Assembly: GCA_950097015.1 (NCBI GenBank)
Contig: CATNEN010000001.1
Coordinates: 20,398,001-20,462,000 of the forward strand
Source of the DNA: Macrostomum hystrix
Taxonomy: Eukaryota > Animalia > Platyhelminthes
Length of the DNA: 64,000 nucleotides
Direction: 5' to 3'
This document shows, in pieces, positions 36,982 to 48,809 of this stretch (positions are counted from its first letter, which is position 1; each line of letters starts with the position of its first letter). Both the position numbers and the translations under genes were made by a program. The notes below the pieces were generated by a model that did no database searches, was not told the origin of the DNA, and saw only the letters and a program-made list of their open reading frames with translations.

Positions 36982-37503
36982 TTGGGATCTAAAGATTTGA
37001 GTATAGGAAATTGGGATCTGAAGAGTTTGAGTATAGGACATTGGAATCTGAAGAGTTTGAGTATAGGACATTAGGATCTGAAGAGTTTGAGTATAGGACA
37101 TTGGGATCTGAAGAGTTTGAGTATAGGACATTGGGATCTGAAGAGTTTGAGTATAGGACATTGGGATCTGAAGAGTTTCAGTATAGGACATTGGGATCTG
37201 AAGAGTTTCAGTATAGGACATTGGGATCTGAAGAGTTTCAGTATAGGACATTAGGATCTGAAGAGTTTGAGTATAGGACATTAGGATCTGAAGAGTTTGA
37301 GTACAGGACATTGGGATCTGAAGAGTTTGAGTATAGGACATTAGGATCTGAAGAGTTTGAGTACAGGACATTGGGATCTGAAGAGTTTGAGTACAGGAAT
37401 TGGGATCTGAAGAGTTTGATTACAGGAATTGGGATCTGAAGAGTTTGAGTACAGGAATTGGGATCTGAAGAGTTTGAGTACAGGAATTGGGATCTGAAGA
37501 GTT
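36982..37503. repeat. 30-bp (later 29-bp) minisatellite (TTGGGATCTGAAGAGTTTGAGTATAGGACA)n
   Basis: About 17 tandem copies just upstream of PHF5A. Confidence 0.95.
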
Positions 37504-37859
37504 ATTGTGCATAAAAAAGTATAGTATGTAATTACATTTTTAATTGAAGCTGTTTACTTAAAACAATTCTAGTTTCAACATTTCTAGAAATAATAATTTA
37601 AGTATATTGTTTAATAAAAACAATAATTACATCAATAATGTTTATCTATATAGTCCAGTAGAGATAATTTCTAGATTATTATACATTATAATACCACTAG
37701 GCCAGATTTTTTAATTAGTTGCTTCAGTTCAAAAAAGAGAAACCTGTAAGGAAAGTGAGAATAATTAATGAATTATCAACATGGCGTATAGTGTAGAGTA
37801 CCTAATATTTTTCAAACAACCAATGCTAATTGTGTAGATAAGATAAGTTAGACATTATT

Positions 37860-39010
37860 TATTGGATTAGAACTGCTGGAGCTGATTGCCTGGACATTGT
37901 CCTGGAATTATTGCAACCTGAGCATGACTGAAGCTGCCATTTGATTTGCAATTAAAGAGCTGAAGGGATTGGACTCATCCCTGTCCAAGCAGCTTGGCTA
38001 CAATGTAGACAGTTGCATCACTGTGCAAAGAAGCAGCATCACCATCTCCATGAATGTCCTATCACATGGTGGACAGACAGACAATCTCCAAGTTCAACAC
38101 TGCAAAGTCTTGATGCCAGAGAAGTAGAAACTGGGTGCCAATACCAGCAAAGATCCACAGGCAGCTGATTGCATGGAAATAGGAACTAACAAGGAGATTA
38201 CCAGCAGCACACCTTAGGCAACAATAGAGGAACAACTGCAACTGGCTGGCAGTCGGGCCAAGAAGTCCAGCTAGACTTCCAGCTGGGCTACAGGGCGGCA
38301 AGGGGAGATGCTATAGCTGCTGTACCAATCACTGACAATGACAATTCTAGCAACCAGTGTTGCAGCTGAGCATGCATTTTCCACTCTAGGCATCATCCTG
38401 ACAAAAGTGAGGTCCAAGCTGAGCAACACAACAGTCAACACTCTCCAAGCTTGCTCTGCTGAGAGCCCACTTGCTAACCAGATATATTAGCTTAGGTTGC
38501 TGACTGCCAAAATGTCAATTCCATGTAGTATAAGCAATTAATCTATGGCTTTTTGTGCTATTGCAACAACCACAATTCATGTATACTCACAAGTTTTACA
38601 ATTGAGCTGCCACTTGCCAATTTCCATGCCACAGAAACAGTACAGTCGCAAATTTATACTACTGCTGTTGGTAGGCCTACTTGTGTTGCGTTGCATGAAT
38701 TAAATATATTGCACTGATAGTAAAAATGTGAGGATTTTACAAGGTAAAAATGGCCCAGGATAAATAAATTATAACAACTATAGGCCTAACCATTTAATCA
38801 ATGCAGAATATGATATATGCTAGAAAGTATAACCCTAAATGATGCTCAAATTAGTTAAGAAATTTTTTATTTGGACAATAGAAAGCTTCTTATAAATCTG
38901 TTTGTTCAATCCTGGGATTGGCCTGGGATCCTCAGATTGGGTCATATTTTGTCTGGGATCCCAGGTTTGTGCTAGGCTTATATCCGAGATTTTGGACCCC
39001 TAGTAGCCCT
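37860..39010 (+). mobile_element. hAT DNA transposon relic (3' part of transposase, subterminal repeats, CCCTA end)
   Basis: 38341-38448 translates TILATSVAAEHAFSTLGIILTKVRSKLSNTTVNTLQ, matching the hAT dimerisation motif (TSV.SER.FS..G...TK.RS.L). Upstream frames have stops. CTGGGAT-rich subterminal repeats at 38910-38990 end in CCCTA. Confidence 0.75.
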
Positions 39011-41183
39011 AGGCATAGAAAAAAAGGAAATGCTTATAATTCCCACGGATAAACAGAAAATTATCGGCATGGATCCATGTGGATAAAATTGAAATTATTG
39101 GCACAGGACTGTGGGAATAAGCTCTGCCAGAAAAAAACAATAACTATCTAATATTATCTATCTACTATCTACTATATAACTTATATAAACTGAATCAATC
39201 CTTTTTTATTTGATAAGCCTAAATGCTAGGCCAATGGGCAATGTAGGCTATGATAAATATGACAATAATATTACATTCAAGCTATGCTAGGCCCCCCCCT
39301 ACAGCTTCTGAATACATAATATATATATAGGGACCTAGTCATAGTCACTAGATAGACTCATGTTGAGCTATTTGGCTATATTAAAAATACAATAGGCCTA
39401 CCTTTTTACTAAAATTAGAAAAATCGGCTTTCATCACTCCTTACTCCCACACTTTATAAATATAGGACCAGACCAAATCCTATCTTCACTCCTCTATTAT
39501 CCCAATCCCCTTTAGGCTTTAAGTTCAAGGTGCAAGTGCAAGTTTGGGCTGAATACCTGGTCCTAGATAAGCCTACACTTGCCCTAGACCAGTGAGATAT
39601 ATAAAATTTAGGCTTTTTAGCAACAGCCTATAGCCAATACTATACTATTGCATAATAGATATAGCCCACCCACTAAATTGCTAGCTTAATGCCAGGCTTT
39701 TTAATGCCAAGAAAATAGAAATGCTATGGCTTTCCTCCTGTCCAGTGATTTATATCGCTACTTGCATAATCTTATGTACAATTGAATTAATCATTGAGAC
39801 AGATAAAGTAATACTTCGTAATAAAGCTTGTACAGCTTAATTCAGACTTGGTCACTTGGTCCTTGTTAAAATTATTTATTGACGTTTTTTCGGCTTTAAC
39901 TTTTGTTCACTGTAGCAGCTTAACAAATGAAAGCTTAAAATACCTAAATAAAATAAAAAATTACATAACAGCTTATATTATTTTAAATAGGCTTGTTACG
40001 TTTTAATAATACACTTAAAAAACAATGAGCATTGTTCATTAGGATGCCAAATTCAACTTCGATTCCCATGACCCTTTTTGTTCCCATTAAAATAAATATG
40101 GATAATTAAGGGTAAATATTTCAGTTTATTCTAAAGGTAGACTGTCCTGTATTAAATTTTTATGGTTATTTTGTCTATTTAAACCCGGTTTTCACTCTCA
40201 TTTAGTAATGAAGGTGATGGTTTTGTCGAATTCCTACGCTTGTATATAAATCTGATCAATTAAACGTTCGAATGTATTGATGCGAGGGATGGGTAGGGAA
40301 CAATATTTTGTACTAAGTTTTAGAGACTTCCATAAAACCAGGCGTAGGCCCAGGATATCAGAAGGAGTTTCTACTCTCTTATGACTAACTTAAATTCTAT
40401 ACTTTCTAAAGTATATTTAAGTGACAATTACTACTGCTTCTATACTATACTATACTATAGTATATAGTGTATAGTCTATAACTAAGGACTTACTACTTTC
40501 TTTTAGAGTAGAAATTATTTAGTGCAATTGGAAATCAAAGTTTATTGTTAGAAAATATTGTCGCTACATTTGAAAAAAATTGTTCGAAAGCCAGTTAGCT
40601 TCAGAATTATGTGTTAGTGTGAAACTTGTCATTTTATAACTTTAGTCTTTTTAGTTATTTTAATTTCAATTTAAAATTCTGCCTCAATTAGTAAAACTAA
40701 GTGAATATCGCAAGCTTAAGCAGTGACTGGCTATTGACTCATTCTGAATTGGTTGCAACCAGCTTTCATGTCTATAGAGCTACTGGAGGATTAAAGTGTA
40801 GCTGTCTGAAATAGTGTAGCTGATAAGACTCAGCTTAATTGAGTTGAAGTTGGTTTTGTGTTGTATGCTTTTCCTGGCAGTATAATACAAGCATACTTTC
40901 TAGGTTGGGAGGATAGTTTTAAACTAGACCCTAGTATTAAAATATTTAGGCCCTATCACATAGTATAGGAAATCCCATTTTGAAAGAAATTTCTCACTTT
41001 CATTATTTTAATAAATATTTAACTGAAAAGAAAAGAAAAAGCAAAAGAGCCTCTTTCTATTGTGTTTTGTTTAGCTTTTTACAAGTTTAACTCTAGACCA
41101 TTTGAACTGTGAATTTTAGAATTAGAATTTGTAGTAATTTGTTTTAAATTCCAGCTTTAAAGCACCAGTTTTTTTCATGAATA

Positions 41184-44015
41184 ATGAATAATACAAAGGA
41201 GAAAGATGAGGACATCCTCAATAAACTGGAATGGTTTTTCAATGGCGGCTACAAGGAGACTGATATTCGAATGCTGCCAGGTATTGCAGTCATTACTGTC
41301 CACTTCTTATTTTGCATTGCTATGGCCCGTGTCTGAAAACGCTTGCTATTTTCTGTCGTTTAGAAAACTACTTCTTCATCGAGGAGATTCTGAAACTGGA
41401 CGAATTCTCAGGCTACTCCATCAGCGAGGTGCACAACGCCGTGCACTCGGATGGCAAGCTGCGCTTCAGCGTTCGCGGCTCCAAAATCCGGCTAAAACCG
41501 CCGGAACTCAATGTTAGTTGGCCCCAAATTCTAGTTTTTCTTGCATTGCTACTTACCAAGTAGTCTAGTTTGTACGCAAAAAGGCTGTGATTTTTTAAAC
41601 AAACCCTTTTTCGTGTGACTTTGTAGCCTAACCGTGAGACCTGGAGTTCAAATGTCAATTTTCATCAATCGATCAATGACCCATTAACATTTATTCCCAA
41701 AATTATCCCACCCACGTGAGTGCAGAAGGATCGCGACGTGATCATCAGCAAAAAGCTTGCCTGGATCCTTCGGCACGGCGCCGAGAAAGAGGGCTTCAAG
41801 TTTTCCGACGGCGGCTACCTCAACATGGACGAGATGCTCGCCCACAGCGAATTCGCCGACATCTCCGTCGACGACATTCGTCGGGTCATCGACGCCAACG
41901 ACAAGAAAAGATTTGAGATGCGGTCCGATCCAGACACTGGAAGGTTTCAGGTGTGCTGTTAACAATGACCAAACAGGCACAGGTGTTGTGGGACAATGAC
42001 CAAACAGACACAGGTGTTGTGGGACAATGACCAAACAGACACAGGTGTTGTGGGACAATGACCAAACAGACACAGGTGTTGTGGGACAATGACCCAACAG
42101 ACACAGGTGCTGTGAACAATGACCCAGCAGACACAGGTGTTTTGAATGGATTGCTAATCTAAGCAATTTCACGGCCCGCAGGTGCGTGCAACGCAGGGCC
42201 ACTCGATGAAGGTGGAGGGCATCGAGTTCACGGACGTGACACTGGCCAATGCTCACGAATTTCCCGTGGTTATTCACGGCACCTACATAAAGAACTGGCG
42301 CACCATCTGCCAGGACGGGCTGAAGACAATGGGCCGGACTCATATCCACTTTGCTCCTGGCGAAATCGGAGAGGATGGCGTCGTTTCTGGGATGCGCGGA
42401 TCGGCTGAAATCCTCATCTACCTGGACCTGGTGAAGGCTCTGAAAGGTGCAGCGATTGGTTATAAATTTAAATCGTGTTTCTCTCACTGTTCCATGATCT
42501 AAAAACACTGACAAAATTGGTTCATTCCGCAGACGGTATTAAATTCGTGCTGTCCAAGAACAAGGTCATCCTCTCTGAGGGCGACGCAACTGGCACAATT
42601 GCGCCAAAGTATTTCAAAGAGGTCTATCAGCGACGACCGCGTAAGTCCGCCCGACTTTTTCTAAAACTTTTGAGATCCCCAGGATTAGGATTCTACCATT
42701 CAAGATCCCCCGGATAGGGATTCTACCATTCTAGATCCCAATAAGGATTGGGATTCTACCATTCAAGATCCCCTGAATTAGGATTCTACCATTCTAGATC
42801 CCCAGGATTGGGATTCTACCATTCAAGATGCCCTGGATTAGGATTCTACCATTCAAGATCCCCAGGATTGGGATTCTACCATTCAAGGTCCCCTGGATTG
42901 GGATTCTACCATTCAAGATCACCTGGATTGGGATTCTACCATTCAAGATCCCCTGGATTGGGATTCTACCATTCAAAATCCCCAGGATTGGGATTCTACC
43001 ATTCTATATCCCAATCAGGATTAGGATTCTACCATTCAAGATCCCCAGGATTGGGATTCTACCATTCTAGATCCCAATCAGGATTAGGATTCTACCATTC
43101 AAGATCCCCAGGATTGGGATTCTACCATTCAAGGTCCCCTGGATTGGGATTCTACCATTCAAGATCCCCTGGATTAGGATTCTACCATTCAAGATCCCCT
43201 GGATTGGGATTCTACCATTCAAGATCCCCAGAATTGGGATTCTACCATTCTAGATCCCCTGAATTAGGATTCTACCATTCAAGATCCCCTGGATTGGGAT
43301 TCTACCATTCAAGATCCCCAGAATTGGGATTCTACCATTCTAGATCCCAATCAGGATTGGGATTCTACCATTCAAAATCCCCAGGATTGGGATTCTACCA
43401 TTCAAAATCCCCAGGATTGGGATTCTACCATTCAAGATCCCCAGAATTGGGTTTCTACCATTAAGATCCCCAGAATTGGGATTCTACCATTCAAGATCCC
43501 AAGAATTGGGATTCTACCATTCAAGATCCCCTGGATTGGGATTCTTCATTATAAGATCCTCAGGATTGGGATTCTTCATTACAAGATCCTCAGGATTGGG
43601 ATTCTTCATTACAAGATCCTCAGGATTGCGATTCTTCATTACAAGATCCTCAGGATTGAGATTCTTCATTACAAGATCCTCAGGATTGGGATTCTTCATT
43701 ATAAGATCCTCAGGATTGGGATTCTTCATTACAAGATCCTCAGGATTGGGATTCTTCATTACAAGATCCTCAGGATTGGGATTCTTCATTACAAGATCCT
43801 TAGGATTGGGATTCTTTATTACAAGATCCTCAGGATTGGGATTCTACTACCAAAAACTCCGAGATAAGGATTTCCTATTACAATATCCCAAGGATTTAGG
43901 ATTCTTCGATCATTCAAAGTCCTTGGAATGAAATTGTGCTAATCATGTTGCTAATATTCACTATTCACAATGATTTTCAGGCGTTCTCATCAGCAAACAG
44001 GACAACAATGACTGA
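41184..44015 (+). CDS. TRPT1: tRNA 2'-phosphotransferase 1 (Tpt1/KptA family) with an extra degenerate N-terminal RNA lobe, about 292 aa; exons 41184-41280, 41364-41512, 41726-41950, 42182-42446, 42533-42640, 43981-44015
   Basis: SKKLAWILRHGA, NDKKRF, RATQGHS, IHGTY, MGRTHIHFA, SGMR and SKNKVILSEG are the Tpt1 motifs. Six exons join in frame (879 nt). AATAAA at about 44029. Confidence 0.93.
41962..42140. repeat. 31-bp minisatellite (ACAATGACCAAACAGACACAGGTGTTGTGGG)n in TRPT1 intron 3
   Basis: About 6 copies beginning about 12 nt after the donor. Confidence 0.92.
42673..43850. repeat. 30-bp minisatellite (GGATTGGGATTCTACCATTCAAGATCCCCT)n switching to (GGATTGGGATTCTTCATTACAAGATCCTCA)n in TRPT1 intron 5
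   Basis: Tandem copies; variant switch near 43535. Confidence 0.95.
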
Positions 44016-44408
44016 ATCGGCAGGCGTGAAATAAATGTAACCATTCGCTTATAAATTACTCGATTTTGTAAGGTGAAAGCTGTGTTGAAATAAAACGGCC
44101 TGATATTTATATACACGATAGTTGCTACTGCTAATTCTGTACCCTTCTGTTAATTTTAGGTTAGTTTATTTTCCATTTGTTTGTAGAAATATTTGTTGGA
44201 AGAGGAAAATAATTATAGCTATGCGTTTAATTAAATCTACATAGATTACGTACTATATTTAATATTTCTTTTATTTTATATTATTATTTTAGTTCAGCAA
44301 AACATCCATCGATACAATCCTTTTTTATACTGATGGTCCAGAGCCTCTTAATTTGATCAAGTCGAAAAATGGCAATTATCTCTCTAATTTGATTTCTAAT
44401 AAATTGTT

Positions 44409-44586
44409 CTCACGTGACTGTTCCACTGGGGTGGTGCTTTTTAACCCACTGCCAAGTCACGTGACTTTAGAGCGGTGGTTGATTGGCCCTTGGCTGATTG
44501 GTTGACTAGTTAAAATTCGAAGGTCAACCACCCACCACCCACCACCCACCACCCTCTTGCTAGTCACGTGACTACAGGCGGAAATA
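44409..44586. promoter_or_regulatory. Cluster of three TCACGTGAC palindromic E-boxes with CCAAT and CCACC motifs
   Basis: TCACGTGAC at about 44410, 44457 and 44564. ATTGG twice and (CCACCCA)n between them. Confidence 0.4.
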
Positions 44587-45449
44587 AATGTCTCTCTTAA
44601 ATGAGCGTAGAAGTCATGCATGGTTTATTTACTTAAGGTATTTGCTGCTACTTAAAGCATTGTTTTGTACAAAACTTTGTGTATCAATATACTGGTATTT
44701 TATGTCCTTTTAAAATATATGCTTTCAACCTGATATGTGGCCCTCTTAACCGTGTTTCTAACTGAGTGTTTTGTTGCTAAATGAGCTTTTGTTTTTCGTG
44801 GTTGCCTGCTATCGATGTGTTAATCCGCTGACGATATGTAGAGCACCAACTCCCTGTTAACTAAGTCTGCCCCTTAAATGCAACAATCATTTTCCACTAT
44901 TTATATATCAGGTGTCCTAAAACTCTTTTCGTATCATAGCTTCACAATTAATTTAGCAGAATAGTTGTTTTAATTGTTATTTCTTTTCTGTTTTTGTGTA
45001 CTTTAGTTTATTGCACGGCGCACTTTTGAAACATTTTTAAATTGTTTCGTCGTATTTTTTAACAATGTTTATGTTTTCGTGTGCTTCTTTGAAATGTAAT
45101 GTGTCCTTATAACTGGCAGTGCCTTTTAAATGTTATCCTAGCTATGTTATAGACGGTAAATTAGCCTGAAGCTGTTTCTGTAATTTTCAGCTTAACAAAG
45201 TTCTATTATTTACTATTCGCATATTTACTGCTTTCTTTATCAGGGTGCTGTTCATTGGCCTATTCTATTGTGTCTGTTATATGTGGAGTGAATTATTAAT
45301 GAGGTCAATATTCTTTGATTTACTTGCCCGATCGTAAATTATCGGATACCATTTTAGACAATTTTATCATTTGTTTATCTGACTACGTGCGAAAATGAGG
45401 TGTGATGGATGAGGGTTGATCCTCGAGCGATTAAAAATTGGGTTGGGTT

Positions 45450-45755
45450 GGCTTGAGGTTTTTACCCTACAGGGTGTGAAATTTGGGGTGGTGGCTTGAG
45501 GTTTTTACCCTACAGGGTGTGAGATTTGGGGTGGTGGCTTGAGGTTTTTTACCCTACATGGTGTGACATTTGGGGTGGTGGCTTGAGGTTTTTACCCTAC
45601 AGGGTGTGAAATTTGGGGTGGTGGCTTGAGGTTTTTTACCCTACAGGGTGTGAAATTTGGGGTGGTGGCTTGAGGTTTTTACCCTACAGGGTGTAAAATT
45701 TGGGGTGGTGGCTTGAGGTTTTTACCCTACAGGGTGTGAAAATTGGGGTGGTGGT
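45450..45755. repeat. 43-bp minisatellite (GGCTTGAGGTTTTTACCCTACAGGGTGTGAAATTTGGGGTGGT)n
   Basis: About 7 tandem copies, no spacers. Confidence 0.93.
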
Positions 45756-46714
45756 AAAGTGTGCGATAATTGATGGCTTATAAGTTTTAAGCATGTTGAG
45801 TGTGAGAAGGAGTTGTAAGCCAGTATTTAATTAGAAATACTTTATAGTACGTATATACGATCGAGCAATAAAACATCTTCGTGGTCAAGCTAGCAGTCAT
45901 TCTAACTGAGATTGTTTACTATATGAAAATAATTTTGAAGGTTTTTTGTGTTCTATTAAAAAATCATCAGTCTCAGTTCGAGTGTCCTCGTTGTTTTTCT
46001 AAATTGTAACATTCGATCTTAAAAGATTTCCTTTCTATTATTCTTATTCCTTGTTCTATTATTTCCTTTATTAAGAAACAAATATTTTAGTATTTACTGA
46101 GATTTTGACATTTATTGTTAATTTTTTTAATTTTTCTATGAGCGCTAGGTAGAAACGTAAACTATAAATCAAAATAAACGATGCTGTGATTGACAAGGGC
46201 ACCACAAAATAGACTGTGTTTAAGATAGGGCTCTACTAAAAAGTAAACGACTTGCGAACTAGATGTTATTTTATTTGCTTGAAATTTCCTACAGACAGTG
46301 GAATCGTAGGTTAACAAGCGAAGTTTTAAACTATAAGACGTGCGGTATACTATTTAATGTGGTAAATCATGAATGAATTATGCTATTTATGGTTTTGAGT
46401 TGCTTTTGAGTTCTAATAATTCGGCCAGTCAACGAGTACACACGACGTGTGATCTTCTCAAGGACGTGCGGTCTAAAAAATTTGAAAGCTCATTGCCGAA
46501 GAAGCCATTTATTCCAAGGCAGAGGCGCCAGAAGTTTGGTGTTCACGCAGGTGTTGGCTGTGTCAAAGCCGTCCGGATTGGTCAAGAACTCGTCCGGGTG
46601 GGCGGCGGACTCCAGCACGAAGACTGAACCGGTGTCGGATGGTAGTTGGGCTTCATTAAAATTGATATTAATGAATTTTTTCATGCTCCTCTAGAAGTAG
46701 CTGCTAGGGAAAGT

Positions 46715-47782
46715 ACCGTCAGAGAGGACACAAGGTATCGTCAGAGAGGATACGAGGTATCGTCAAAGAGGATACGAGGTATCGTCAGAGAGAACACAGG
46801 GTGTTGTCAAAGAGAGGACACAATGTACGCTCGTATCGTCAAAGAGATGACACAAGGAATCGTCGAAGACAGGAGACAATGCATATCGTCAGAGAGAGGA
46901 CACAAGGTATCGTCAAAGAGAGGAGACAAGGTATCTTCAAAGAGAGGACACAAGGTATCGTCAAAGAGGACACAAGGTATCGTCAAAGAGGACACAAGGT
47001 ATCGTCAGCGATTACATAAGGTATCTTCGGAGAGAACACAAATACAGAGAGGACACAATGTATCGTCAGAGAGAGGACACAAAGTATCGTCAGAGAGAGG
47101 ACACAATGTATCGTCAGAGAGAGGACACAATGTATCGTCAGAGAGAGGACACAAAGTATCGTCAGAGAGAGGACACAATGTATCGTCAGAGAGAGGACAC
47201 AAAGTATCGTCAGAGAGAGGACACAATCTATCGTCAGAGAGAGGACACAAAGTATCGTCAGAGAGAGGACACAATGTATCGTCAGAGAGAGGACACAAAG
47301 TATCGTCAGAGAGAGGACACGAAGTATCGTCAGAGAGAGGACACAATGTATCGTCAAAGAGAGGACACAATCTATCGTCAGAGAGAGGACACAATGTATC
47401 GTCAGAGAGAGGACACAAAGTATCGTCAGAGAGAGGACACGAAGTATCGTCAGAGAGAGGACACAAAGTATCGTCAGAGAGAGGACACGAAGTATCGTCA
47501 GAGAGAGGACACAATGTATCGTCAAAGAGAGGACACAATCTATCGTCAGAGAGAGGACACAATGTATCGTCAGAGAGAGGACACAAAGTATCGTCAGAGA
47601 GAGGACACGAAGTATCGTCAGAGAGAGGACACAAAGTATCGTCAGAGAGAGGACACAATGTATCGTCAGAGAGAGGACACAAAGTATCGTCAGAGAGAGG
47701 ACACAAAGTATCGTCAGAGAGAGGACACAAAGTATCGTCAAAGAGAGGACACTAGTAATAATCGTCAGAGAAGACACAATAC
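46715..47782. repeat. 24-bp minisatellite (GTATCGTCAGAGAGAGGACACAA[A/T])n in the last NIPSNAP intron
   Basis: Tandem copies, degenerate at the left edge. Confidence 0.95.
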
Positions 47783-48523
47783 ATTATCAGATGGAGGCGA
47801 TACTCACACTGCTTGGTGTCGCCAATAACAGTCTGAAAGGCCGCTTTGAATCCTGGCCGCTTCATCTTAATGCTCAAGCTATCTTTGATGTTCTTGGCGA
47901 AGTTGAGCCCATTCACTGAATCGTACTGCACTGTTGTTAGCTTGTAAAGTTCTGAAATAGAAAATCTAGTAACTTGAGTCCCTTACTGAGCTCTAAATTT
48001 TTAGTAGATCACTGTCAGTCCTCACTGCAATGTCCCCCACCTTGATCCGTCAGGACGCCGCTTAAGTCGCCGCGACAGCATTGGCAGAGCCAGTTGTCCA
48101 TCTTCTGAAACATTGGATTGACCTGGCTGATCGGGATTGGCCAGCATCTCCGCTCTGACGGCCTGGCGATGACTGAGAGTCTGTGGAAGATTGCAAAGTT
48201 TCATTTCAGGGATTGTACTTTAGCTGAGAAATCTTTTGATAGAAAAGACACCTGACACTGTTGGTTCAGGCCCAGTTGTATTGCCTGGCCCTGCTAAATA
48301 CTGTTAATCCATGAACCTCAGCGTATCGGTACCTAAGCAAAACCTCACCGGAGGTCGTCTGGTAGCGAAAAGGGCGTCTCCTCTGTCACCCGCTTCATCC
48401 GATCGGACCGATGCACATTGCACTATGTCAAGTATCTCCGTAGTGTATTTTTCGGCAAAAACAAGCCTCCTTAACATTTTCTAAGAAATGCATTGCTGAC
48501 ACGCACCCAACAAGCTTCTACCC

Positions 48524-48809
48524 CAGGGGTCGGCAATCTTATTAGCGTGCGGGCCACGGAGAGAACCTAAAATACGACAGCGGGCCGGATTAACTGTAGA
48601 AATATGAGAAAGGGGTGAGATGAGACATGGGATAGATGAGACAGAAGAGATGAGACGGGAGACGGGAGACACGGGAGAGATGAGACTCTCCATCTCCAGA
48701 TGAGAGAGAGATGAGACAGCATACTATAGGTGTCGGAAGGGGCAACGCGCCGGATTTGGGAGCTTCGAGGGCCGCATCTGGCCCGCGAGTCGGAGTTTGC
48801 CAACCTTTG
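48524..48809. mobile_element. Non-autonomous hAT/Charlie-type MITE
   Basis: TIRs CAGGGGTCGGCAA ... TTGCCAACCTTTG, internal GCGGGCC/GGCCCGC subterminal motifs, and TCTACCC on both flanks (near-TSD, offset by 2-3 nt). Confidence 0.75.

Noticed and set aside
45450-45755. CRISPR-like appearance (43-bp unit with ACCCT-AC-AGGGT hairpin); also considered for the ACCTGTTAGACA arrays
   Set aside because: Units are directly tandem with no unique spacers, there are no cas genes, and the context is eukaryotic.
46624-46700. ORF MKKFININF.. with an apparent ATGA stop/start overlap
   Set aside because: The acceptor GGTTCAG|TC at 46624 joins the previous NIPSNAP exon in frame, so the upstream part is intron.
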